64,000 nucleotides of DNA. It comes from Minisyncoccia bacterium (lineage in GTDB: Bacteria; Patescibacteriota; Minisyncoccia; Phycocordibacterales; UBA918). Each line of letters opens with the position of its first letter. Position 1 is the stretch's first letter. Position numbers and translations under genes: made by a program. Below are positions 10,764 through 18,561 of the stretch, piece by piece. The notes beneath the pieces are model-generated. The model was not told the DNA's origin and did not search any database. It saw only the letters and a list, made by a program, of their open reading frames with translations. Location: positions 4,484 through 68,483 of the forward strand of contig JBKBPM010000001.1 of NCBI GenBank assembly GCA_046293175.1, read 5' to 3'.

Positions 10764-11016
10764 GTGACGTAATGGTATCACAGTCCGCTCGGCAACTGGT
10801 ATAGGGGGAACAAATAATCGCCAAAAAGGCATTACTTGACAGCACTTTATTTATCCACTGTAATTATTTGACACTTAGTTATTCCTGTGCTAGGTTAGGC
10901 GGGCTTGGGGGATGGTCTCCATCCTTACTGGCCCTGCTACCAACCCTGAGGGGCGTGGACGATTAGCGGGTTGCAACTCACCAGGGCTTTATGCCCGTAC
11001 TTGAAAGAGGCTTACG

Positions 11017-11436
11017 ATGAAACTGAAGAATTCCATGCTTGGCATCGCCGTCATCGCCCTGACCGCTGTTCTCGCCCTCCCGGCCGCCGCGACCGGTTCC
11101 GGCGGCTGCTGGTACTGTGGGGGTGTGAAGGAACGCTCTGCGACCTTCAGCTCGAATGCCGGTGGCGGTGTCGTCAATGAAGGGCAGGCCCTCGCAGCGG
11201 GCAAGAAAACCTTGACCTTGTCGACCTCTGTGTCGACCAAGGACCTGGGCGCTGGCGGTTCGGCCGTGGTCCCGGAGAAAGGCGATCCGAAGGCTTCGGC
11301 CTATTCCTATGCCGACTTCCAGACCTCGGGTCTTTCCATGTCGCTGGCGGTCGGGACGACGTCCGCTGCCGCAGCGTCGATGGAGACCGGCGAGGCGGTC
11401 GCTACGGGTTCGGCCGAGACCGCGGTCGACAACTAA
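11017..11436 (+). CDS. Secreted Ala/Gly/Ser/Thr-rich protein in high-GC islet (foreign-looking)
   Basis: About 65% GC and GCC/CTG/ACC codon bias unlike the rest of the window; signal peptide MKLKNSMLGIAVIALTAVLALPAAA; SD-like aagagg 8 nt upstream. Confidence 0.5.
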   Translation: MKLKNSMLGIAVIALTAVLALPAAATGSGGCWYCGGVKERSATFSSNAGGGVVNEGQALAAGKKTLTLSTSVSTKDLGAGGSAVVPEKGDPKASAYSYADFQTSGLSMSLAVGTTSAAAASMETGEAVATGSAETAVDN

Positions 11437-11458
11437 GCCGATTCGTTCGGTTCAAGAT

Positions 11459-11490
11459 AAAGGGGGTTCCAGCAATGGGACCCCCACTTT
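11459..11490 (+). terminator. GC-rich rho-independent terminator
   Basis: aaagggggttccagcaatgggacccccactttttata. Confidence 0.7.
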
Positions 11491-11643
11491 TTATACTTGA
11501 CAAATTAATCTAGATATGGTAGCTTTTGAGCGCTACCGTTATGGAGCCTGATACCCTTGGTTATCTTTGGGACCGCTATCAGATCTGTACTCGCCTGGGG
11601 ATGTCCCCAATCAAATCCAATGTCAAACTAGAAGGATGATGAC

Positions 11644-12396
11644 ATGTTGAATATCAAAACCTTGGCTCTGATGGGTGCTTTTGCTCTGAGCCCGCTGGCT
11701 GTCTATGCCAACGGGAGCGATGCGTCTTCGGAATCCAATGCGAATTCCCAGTCGACGTCGATCGCTGGCGCTCAGGCGCTCAACAACGTCGAGCTGAACT
11801 CGGTGGCTGTGGCCCTCTCGGGCACGGACTGCACCAATGGCGCCGGTGCCAGCTTCGCCGGTTTCGGTTTCGTCTTCCAGATGACCGATGCCGAGTGCAA
11901 GCAGCTGCGGGCTGCGCTGGCGATGGATACGACCGGCACCGGCTCGAAAGGCTCGGTTCGGGCGCTCATCATCGCCTCGGCTTCGACCAAGGGCTTCGCT
12001 CCACCTCCCGGCTTGCCGGCGACGGTCGAAACCTGCGATTACCGCCACGAGAACCGGACGCTCTTTTTCCGGTCGAGTGCCAACAGCCTCGAAGGCCAGC
12101 TGAGCGATCGTCTTGCGTGCATCATCAGCCGCGAAACCATGCTCGAGGTCAACCTGTCGGCGCTGCGGCACAAGACCGAGGCCCGCTTGGCCAAGCTCTC
12201 TGCTGCTTCGGCCCCGGCGGCCGTCTCGACGAAGAGCAATGGCGCCTCCAGGAGCCTGCTGTCTGTCACCGACACCAAGGTTCGGGTCCGGGTGAATGGG
12301 ATCAACTACCCGATCACCGGCAAGAACTTGGTCGACTGGCAGTCGGGTCGGCCCCTCAACTTCGGTGGTGTGTCGCTCACCAAGTTCGACTTCTGA
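11644..12396 (+). CDS. Secreted, possibly outer-membrane-type beta-rich protein in high-GC islet (ends ...SLTKFDF with C-terminal Phe)
   Basis: Signal peptide MLNIKTLALMGAFALSPLAVYA; alternating hydrophobic pattern near C-terminus; terminal aromatic residue as in diderm OMPs; about 64% GC. Confidence 0.5.
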   Translation: MLNIKTLALMGAFALSPLAVYANGSDASSESNANSQSTSIAGAQALNNVELNSVAVALSGTDCTNGAGASFAGFGFVFQMTDAECKQLRAALAMDTTGTGSKGSVRALIIASASTKGFAPPPGLPATVETCDYRHENRTLFFRSSANSLEGQLSDRLACIISRETMLEVNLSALRHKTEARLAKLSAASAPAAVSTKSNGASRSLLSVTDTKVRVRVNGINYPITGKNLVDWQSGRPLNFGGVSLTKFDF

Positions 12397-12439
12397 CACC
12401 GCACATCAACTGCACAGCGCGCTCGCGCGCTGTGCGCCT

Positions 12440-12478
12440 TGACCCCGTTCGCTTTGCGAGCGGGGTCTTTTACTTTGT
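12440..12478 (+). terminator. Rho-independent terminator
   Basis: gaccccgttcgctttgcgagcggggtcttttactttg. Confidence 0.7.
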
Positions 12479-12561
12479 ATATACAATGGATGATTTTTTT
12501 ATATTGCATTTGGTTTCTAAATATGGTGACATAGAGTGAGAACAGGTTTTAATCAACGGGG

Positions 12562-12849
12562 GTGTCGATGACTCAACAGGTGACAGTTACCACCAGTCTG
12601 CGTATGCAAATCATCGGCTTCTTCCTCATCACGATGGTGGGGATCCTCCTTTGGTTTGCTTTTGAACTACGGCAAGTAGTAAAGGGTCACGAAGTGGCAG
12701 CGTCATTGCACACTGCAGAAATCGTGCGCGTGGTAATGCCTGCCGAGGAAGTTCCTGGCATGTGCTTGCCATTGTTGCCGGTTAAATTGTGGAATCGAGA
12801 CCCGGCGACAGTACCCGATCCACCACCATGGACACGTGTGGTGGTCTAA
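12562..12849 (+). CDS. Hypothetical small membrane protein (GTG start) in high-GC islet
   Basis: 95-aa ORF with one TM (IIGFFLITMVGILLWFAF); followed by terminator aggccccgttcgagagaacggggcct at 12868-12895. Confidence 0.3.
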   Translation: MSMTQQVTVTTSLRMQIIGFFLITMVGILLWFAFELRQVVKGHEVAASLHTAEIVRVVMPAEEVPGMCLPLLPVKLWNRDPATVPDPPPWTRVVV

Positions 12850-12950
12850 AGCGGCTGCACAGGCCCCGTTCGAGAGAACGGGGCCTTGCTTGTAAAAACG
12901 GCTGATTTGTTGCATAATAAAATTGAATCACCAAGACAGAAAGGAGGTGT

Positions 12951-13148
12951 ATGGTGGTGCGGGAATACAAGGGTCCTGAAAGAAGAGGTCCAGATATGCT
13001 GATCAAACTGGTTTTTCTTGGGGTGATAACCTTGATGATTTATCTCACCTGGTTAGCTCCTCGACCGCAGCCTGGCTGTCTGGGTCAAGAACCGACTTGG
13101 GTGGTCGGTTTACCAACCTGTGATGGGTTGGTGCCATCAGAAGAATGA
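12951..13148 (+). CDS. Hypothetical small membrane protein with strong SD
   Basis: aaaggaggtgtATG (canonical GGAGG SD, 5-nt spacer); single TM LIKLVFLGVITLMIYLTWLA; terminator aggcctcgtccacaaggacgaggcct at about 13176-13212. Confidence 0.35.
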   Translation: MVVREYKGPERRGPDMLIKLVFLGVITLMIYLTWLAPRPQPGCLGQEPTWVVGLPTCDGLVPSEE

Positions 13149-13294
13149 AGAATCGTTTTTGGATTTAGAAGAAACATGGCCTCGTCCACAAGGACGAGGC
13201 CTCATTTTGTCTCATTTTTGCTGCTGGCCGCGCGGGCTTTTTACACCTGGTCAACCAGCCGCTTTGGGGTAGGTATTTTATCCGCGTTAAATGC

Positions 13295-13322
13295 TTGCAT
13301 TATTTTTCAATATCTGTATAAT
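13295..13322 (+). promoter_or_regulatory. Candidate sigma70-type rRNA promoter (TTGCAT-N16-TATAAT) upstream of 16S
   Basis: ttgcattatttttcaatatctgtataat about 460 nt upstream of 16S 5' end in an AT-rich leader. Confidence 0.45.
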
Positions 13323-13783
13323 GCTCGCACTGTTCGTTGGAAGTAATTCAGGCCTTCTTTTGAGGTCTATCACTTTCGAAGGGAACACTGCATTTTGACA
13401 ACCTCGCGAAGAAGCATCTGAATCTTTGGTTCAGAAATTTATTCGTGGGAACCAAACTAATTTTGAGGAACTAGTTTTGGTCAATATCACTTATCTGATT
13501 CCCAAAATCAGATAGGTACGTATATTATTTTTTACATTTTTTAAAATGTAGACAAATGGTATGCATCAGCACAAATATAAGCAATTGAATATCGAATATT
13601 CTTTTGTCTTATCCTTAGGTAAATTGTTAGAAAGCAGCGGGAACCAAAGTACAGTACCGCTACATATTCAGTTATGAACTTTCTAGCGCAGATCACAGAA
13701 ATGAAAAATGAAGAATTATAAATGAAAAATTATTTTTTCATTTATAACTTCTCATTCATAATTTCTTTCTTCTGTCTTTAATT

Positions 13784-15232
13784 AGAGTTTGATCCTAGCT
13801 CAGGATGAATGCTGGCGGCGTGGATGAGGCATGCAAGTCGAATGGGTTTAGGCCCATGGCAGACGAGGTAGGAACACGTAGGTACGTACCCAAGAGTCAG
13901 GGATAACCGGCCGAAAGGTCGAATAATACTTGATGGTCCCTTCGGGGTAAAGATTTATCGCTCTTGGAACGGCCTGCGGGCTATCAGCTTGTTGGTAAGG
14001 TAACGGCTTACCAAGGCTACGACGGCTAGGGGAGGTGAGAGCCTGACCCCCACCGATGGAACTGCGACACGGTCCATACTCCTACGGGAGGCTGCAGTCG
14101 AGAATCTTCCGCAATGGACGAAAGTCTGACGGAGCGACGCCGCGTGGTGGATGAAGTCCCTCGGGACGTAAACACCTTTTATGAGGGAGGAAGTTTATTG
14201 ACGTTACCTCATGAATAAGGGGCTCCCAACTCTGTGCCAGCAGGAGCGGTAATACAGAGGCCCCAAGCATTATCCGGATTTACTGGGCGTAAAGGGTGCG
14301 TAGGCGGTTATATTAGTCGGGTGTTAAATCCCGGGGCTCAACCCCGGAATCGCATCCGAAACGGTATAACTAGAATCAGTCAGAGGCAAGCAGAACTCTC
14401 GGTGTAGGGGTGAAATCCGTTGATATCGAGGGGAATACCAAATGCGAAGGCAGCTTGCTGGGACTTGATTGACGCTGAGGCACGAAAGCGTGGGTAGCGA
14501 AGCGGATTAGATACCCGCGTAGTCCACGCCCTAAACGCTGTCTGTTGGCTATAGGGAGTATCGACCCTCTCTGTGGCGAAGTTAACACGTTAAACAGACC
14601 GCCTGGGTAGTACGAGCGCAAGCTTAAAACTCAAAGGAATAGACGGGGGCTCGCACAAGCGGTGGATCATGTGGCTTAATTCGTAGCTAAGCGAAAAACC
14701 TTACCAAGGCTAGAAACTATACTGCACGCTCCGGGAAACCGGAGAAGCCTTCGAGGGTGTATAGCAGGTGATGCATGGCCGTCGTCAGTTCGTGGCTTGA
14801 GCTGTTCCCTTAAGTGGGGAAACGAACGCAACCCTCGTTGCCTGTTACAAGTGTCAGGCGAGACTGCTCCCTCACGGGAGAGGAAGGTGAGGATGACGCC
14901 AGGTCAGCATGTCCCTTGATGCCTTGGGCTGCACACGTGATACAATGGGTGATACAATGGGACGCAATACCGTAAGGTGGAGCAAATCCCCAAAACCATC
15001 CTCAATTCGGATTGAGGTCTGCAACTCGACCTCATGAAGTCGGAATCGCTAGTAATCGTGAATCAGCACGTCACGGTGAATACGTTCCCGAGCCTTGTAC
15101 TCACCGCCCGTCAACTCAAGGGAGTCGGGAGTGCCCGAAGTGCCAGTTTATCTGGTCCTACGGTAAGCTCGATGACAGGGAGTAAGTCGTAACAAGGCAC
15201 GGCTAGCGGAAGCTGGTCGTGGATTAATTCCA
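13784..15232 (+). rRNA. rrs: 16S ribosomal RNA (complete, about 1450 nt), CPR-like divergent
   Basis: agagtttgatcctagctcag 5' end; gtgccagcaggagcggtaatac (515 region variant); ggattagatacccgcgtagtcc; gtactcaccgcccgtcaactc; 3' end gtcgtaacaaggcacggctagcggaagctggtcgtggattaattcc. Confidence 0.93.
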
Positions 15233-15454
15233 ATTGGACACGTCGTTGCGTCTTGGTAACAAGATTGCACATAACGGCTAATTGGTCGATATTAGGTAGC
15301 TCAATTGACTACCTAATGAGTAGACGATACAGAACACTCTGAAGTGGTATCGGACTTTTAGGAAAGACTAAAGCCAAAGGATAAGACAAAAGAGCAGACG
15401 AGCAATTGCTTTTTTTGTACCCTATATTTGTTGCATATTGATATGAAGTGGGTG

Positions 15455-15497
15455 AAAAACACCGCTGTCCCGTAGGGACAGCGGTGTTTTTCGTATG
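15455..15497. terminator. Bidirectional terminator directly downstream of 16S (no ITS or 23S follows)
   Basis: aaaaacaccgctgtccctacgggacagcggtgtttttcg. Confidence 0.75.
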
Positions 15498-15507
15498 GGC
15501 GATAGTT

Positions 15508-15975
15508 TTAGATATCAAAGACTGGCGGCAGCTCGCCCCGGGTGGCGCTTGGTGAACGTGGTTGTGGGCGAGGGGACGTGCATGGGGCGTAACTTGTATA
15601 GTCATCACTCAAATAATCTGGTACGACATCATTCCCGCAGTTATCAAGACCAAGACCATCGGTGAAGATATTAATAATGCCCCAAAACGAGAGAATAAAA
15701 ATGAAGACACCAATACTGTAGAGGGCGAGGTTCTTGGCGTTTTCTCGACCCTCTTCGGTAGCACCTTTAATTATAAAAAAACGAACACCGTTCCAGACAA
15801 AGATCAGAAAAGCAACCCCAAGCAGGAAGGGGATGAGATAATTGTTGAAAAATTGAAACAATACTGGTAGAGCATCTTGTAGACCGCCTGGCCCTGTGGC
15901 CATACTCATACCAGCGGCGATCACCAAAATGATGATCATTCCAAGTCCCATAGACATGCCACTACTATAGCGCAT
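15508..15975 (-). CDS. Small polytopic membrane protein (weak resemblance to TrbC/VirB2-type pilin topology); start placed at MRYSSGMSMG
   Basis: Three hydrophobic helices, Pro/Ser-rich C-terminal tail. Confidence 0.4.
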   Translation of the reverse strand: MRYSSGMSMGLGMIIILVIAAGMSMATGPGGLQDALPVLFQFFNNYLIPFLLGVAFLIFVWNGVRFFIIKGATEEGRENAKNLALYSIGVFIFILSFWGIINIFTDGLGLDNCGNDVVPDYLSDDYTSYAPCTSPRPQPRSPSATRGELPPVFDI

Positions 15976-16010
15976 TTGTGGGCCTTTTTCACTGTTTTGC
16001 TGGGGAATTA

Positions 16011-16038
16011 TTGACTTTTGGCCATTTTTGTGTATAAT
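16011..16038 (+). promoter_or_regulatory. Strong sigma70-like promoter TTGACT-N16-TATAAT
   Basis: ttgacttttggccatttttgtgtataat, followed by SD-bearing small ORF. Confidence 0.5.
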
Positions 16039-16104
16039 ATTAAGTAAGTGGGGTGACCCACAAGGAGCTTGAAAACGCGCCTCGTGGCGCAAAAGGAGGA
16101 AACA

Positions 16105-16235
16105 TGTTGAGAGAATTGCCTTGGATTCTGTTGGAATGTCTCATCAAGGCCGTCCTCGTTTTCGTCCCGGAGACGAAGATGACAGCCGAGGAGGCGAACC
16201 AGGAAGGTCCGCGGGACTACCTGTCCCGCAAATAA
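16105..16235 (+). CDS. 43-aa small protein in high-GC islet
   Basis: aaaaggaggaaacATG canonical SD; MLRELPWILLECLIKAVLVFVPETKMTAEEANQEGPRDYLSRK; not in ORF track (<60 aa). Confidence 0.3.
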
Positions 16236-16279
16236 CTTAACCAGCCCGCAAAGACGGGCATATGAGGAGAGAGCAGAAA

Positions 16280-16426
16280 TGACGCAAGAACAAATTGTAG
16301 AGCTGGTACAACGTCGTCCTTGGACGATGATCATTGCAGCTCTCATACTGGTGGCCGTGGTCACGGCGATTGGTTCTGGGATCGAAACCTACATCTACCC
16401 GGTGTTGAAGAGGTGGGGGCTGTGAA
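16280..16426 (+). CDS. 48-aa single-TM small protein in high-GC islet
   Basis: gaggagagagcagaaATG SD; MTQEQIVELVQRRPWTMIIAALILVAVVTAIGSGIETYIYPVLKRWGL; followed by hairpin aggaggcggaatctgccgcctct at about 16577-16605. Confidence 0.35.
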
Positions 16427-16675
16427 GGTTCACCCTCTTGACAGCAATGCAAACCTCCGCGTGAAGCTCAATCGCCGCTCACCCGGCCGATGGTTTCGCA
16501 AGGAAGTGCTGTCTTACTCACTGCATGTGCGAATGACTGTCGTACTGCTCGGGATTTGTGTTCTTTGATGGATGATGTAAGGAGGCGGAATCTGCCGCCT
16601 CTTGCTGCTTGGACATTCGGTCCCGGCAGCTTTTGTTTTATGAGACTATTTGCGGTACAATCTCGTGCATTGCCT

Positions 16676-16782
16676 AGGTGGTGTAATTGGTAGGTGAGAC
16701 AGTGTGGAGCACTGTCGAACGGCGCTTCAGGTGCGTATGCCGCAAGGCGTGGAGGCTGTCATAATCTGGGAGATTATGACAG
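16676..16782 (+). pseudogene. Partial, interrupted duplicate of tRNA-Leu (D-arm, anticodon arm and variable arm) followed by an 11-bp perfect hairpin
   Basis: Shares gtggtgtaattggtag (16 nt) and cgcttcaggtgcgtatgccgcaaggcgtggagg (33 nt) with the intact tRNA-Leu 140 bp downstream. A 29-nt insert replaces ccacgta, and the T-arm and acceptor are replaced by ctgtcataatctgggagattatgacag. Confidence 0.45.
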
Positions 16783-16818
16783 GAAGTTGCTCGGTATTTT
16801 ATAAATTGAAGATATAGT

Positions 16819-16900
16819 GCTGGAGTGGTGTAATTGGTAGCCACGTACGCTTCAGGTGCGTATGCCGCAAGGCGTGGAGGTTCAAGTCCTCTCTCCAGCA
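16819..16900 (+). tRNA. tRNA-Leu (anticodon CAG), long variable arm, no encoded CCA
   Basis: Acceptor GCTGGAG/CTCCAGC, D-loop TAATTGGTAG, anticodon loop TTCAGGT, variable arm TGCCGCAAGGCGTG, T-loop TTCAAGT. Confidence 0.8.
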
Positions 16901-17220
16901 CTATGTATTCAATAAGATACCAGCAACCTATACAGATTCTGTAAGAATCAAGTCCTCTCCTAGATACAAACATAAAACCTTTCGAGTCAACTCAAAAGGT
17001 TTTATGCTACTTCATTTGAAATCTTTTTGCGTCTTTTGTCGTTACGAGTTACTAAGTATAATTTTCACAAGTTCAATTATACTAAGTACTCTTGACCACG
17101 ACTCACGGTTCGCAAGCTCACAACGTTCCGTCTCGGACAAAGGTCGTATCTACCAAAACTAGTAAATACTAACAACTAAAAACACCATTCCATAAGAATG
17201 GTGTTTTTAGTTGTTTCCTT

Positions 17221-17259
17221 TGTCCGCGCTCTAGGATTCGAACCTAGGACCTTTCGAGT
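17221..17259. repeat. 39-bp perfect direct repeat copy of the 3' portion of tRNA-Ile (second copy 17390-17428 is inside the intact tRNA)
   Basis: tgtccgcgctctaggattcgaacctaggacctttcgagt identical at both loci. A further 19-bp near-identical copy of the tRNA 3'-flank (tctttttgcgtcttttgtc) lies at 17021-17040 versus 17375-17393. Confidence 0.8.
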
Positions 17260-17391
17260 GAGCCAGTTTGGGAAACTGGCGCAAGACTCATCCTGAATCT
17301 TTTGGAGCTTTGCGAACAAAAGAAGCGGATGAGTGGACAGCTCCTGTAAGGAGTCAGTCGAATGCTTTTAAATGTTCTTTTGCGTCTTTTG

Positions 17392-17465
17392 TCCGCGCTC
17401 TAGGATTCGAACCTAGGACCTTTCGAGTATCAGTCGAATGCTCTAGCCAACTGAGCTAAGCGCGG
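17392..17465 (-). tRNA. tRNA-Ile (anticodon GAT)
   Basis: Reverse complement CCGCGCTTAGCTCAGTTGGCTAGAGCATTCGACTGATACTCGAAAGGTCCTAGGTTCGAATCCTAGAGCGCGGA folds as cloverleaf with loop CTGATAC. Confidence 0.8.
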
Positions 17466-17638
17466 ACAAAAGAAACAAAGAACATTGTAGCCAACCCTAT
17501 CAGCTCATAAATATCGCTGATTCGCTTCGCGACCGGAAAAATTACTATTCGCAATTTTTAGCTCGCGCGGACAAGGGCTTCTACGAAGCTTCTACAATGA
17601 CCGCTACTATAGCAGATTATTTTAGAAATTGTAAGGGG

Positions 17639-18214
17639 TTACAGGAAAAGGCGAAAGGCAGTATGCATGCCGTAGGCGTAGATACTTTGGTTGACTAAGT
17701 TACCCAAAAACAGCGGGATCATCATCGTTCGCCACGAGACGCCAAGTAAGGCGAGGGGGATGATCAGGGCTTCGTTTGGAATTGATATAAACGCAGCATA
17801 AAGAAAGATGATCGGAATAAGCCACTTCCGGTGGTGCTTGTGGATATGCTCGAGGCGGGTGATGAACTTGGGATATTTATGAGCGAGAGTGTCACGGCTG
17901 ATGCGGCCAAAGACATAGCCAATGAAGTCGGCGAGCAGGGTCCCAATGGTGAGGGCAAAAATGATACCAATAAGGTTCAGTCCCGCGGCGGTGAAGATGG
18001 GGGTGAAGGCAACAGCGGGGATGGGCAAGATAACATTAAGTCCTGCGATAGTTGCAATGACGACTACCCCGAAATAACCCAGAGAAGCCACCTGTGCCTG
18101 TAAGTCGGGTGTACGCAAAAGATACTCAGCAAAAAAGAGCGCACCAAAAGCCACGACAAGGAGTATTGTCAGGAGAAACAGACCAAAGAGCACTTGTTTC
18201 TTCCGCTTGACCAT
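17639..18214 (-). CDS. DedA/VTT (SNARE-associated, TVP38/TMEM64-like) family membrane protein
   Basis: 4-5 TM helices, LPIPAVAF ... FIGYVFGRISR motif region resembling the DedA core. Confidence 0.5.
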   Translation of the reverse strand: MVKRKKQVLFGLFLLTILLVVAFGALFFAEYLLRTPDLQAQVASLGYFGVVVIATIAGLNVILPIPAVAFTPIFTAAGLNLIGIIFALTIGTLLADFIGYVFGRISRDTLAHKYPKFITRLEHIHKHHRKWLIPIIFLYAAFISIPNEALIIPLALLGVSWRTMMIPLFLGNLVNQSIYAYGMHTAFRLFL

Positions 18215-18245
18215 TATAGGTAGTGTACCACGCTCGGTACGAGTA

Positions 18246-18440
18246 TTACCGAGAGAAGTCGGTTATGGTTGCTGGATCTTGATTGGCTATGGCTTCAAGT
18301 TGATTAGTGGTGGCTTCTAGTTCGGCAGTGGCAGTTGAGAGTTCGGTTGTGAGCGTATAGACAAAAAAAGCAAAGCCACCAACCAGGGTCCAAGCAATGT
18401 ATGGGAAAATACGGTACTGTTCGAGTGAACGCTTAGACAT
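18246..18440 (-). CDS. Small membrane protein with C-terminal coiled-coil-like segment
   Basis: 64-aa ORF, one TM (IAWTLVGGFAFFVYTL) then ELSTATAELEATTNQLEAIANQ. Confidence 0.3.
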   Translation of the reverse strand: MSKRSLEQYRIFPYIAWTLVGGFAFFVYTLTTELSTATAELEATTNQLEAIANQDPATITDFSR

Positions 18441-18561
18441 AGTGGTATTTTAGCCGAATATTTTAATACAAACGAGGAAGGGGTGTGGATGCATTGACAA
18501 ATGAGTTTTGATATGTATAATGCTGTTATATCGTTATTTGCGAATCCGGGAAGGTAGTAAC

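Noticed and set aside
14930-14965. Apparent tandem duplication gatacaatgggtgatacaatggg inside the 16S gene (possible insertion or assembly artifact)
   Set aside because: Canonical 16S has the same quasi-repeat at this position (CTACAATGG ... GTACAAAGGG). It is native helix sequence, not an insertion.
16320-16693. ORF-track ORFs 16320-16568 and 16490-16693 in islet 2
   Set aside because: They overlap the better-supported SD-driven 48-aa ORF in another frame, lack start context and cross a terminator hairpin, so they are probably non-coding.
16676-17465. Intact integrated mobile element or prophage between the tRNA repeat copies
   Set aside because: Intervals between the duplicated tRNA segments are only 130-350 bp. 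No integrase, transposase or phage genes lie in or near the window, so only scars or remnants can be claimed.
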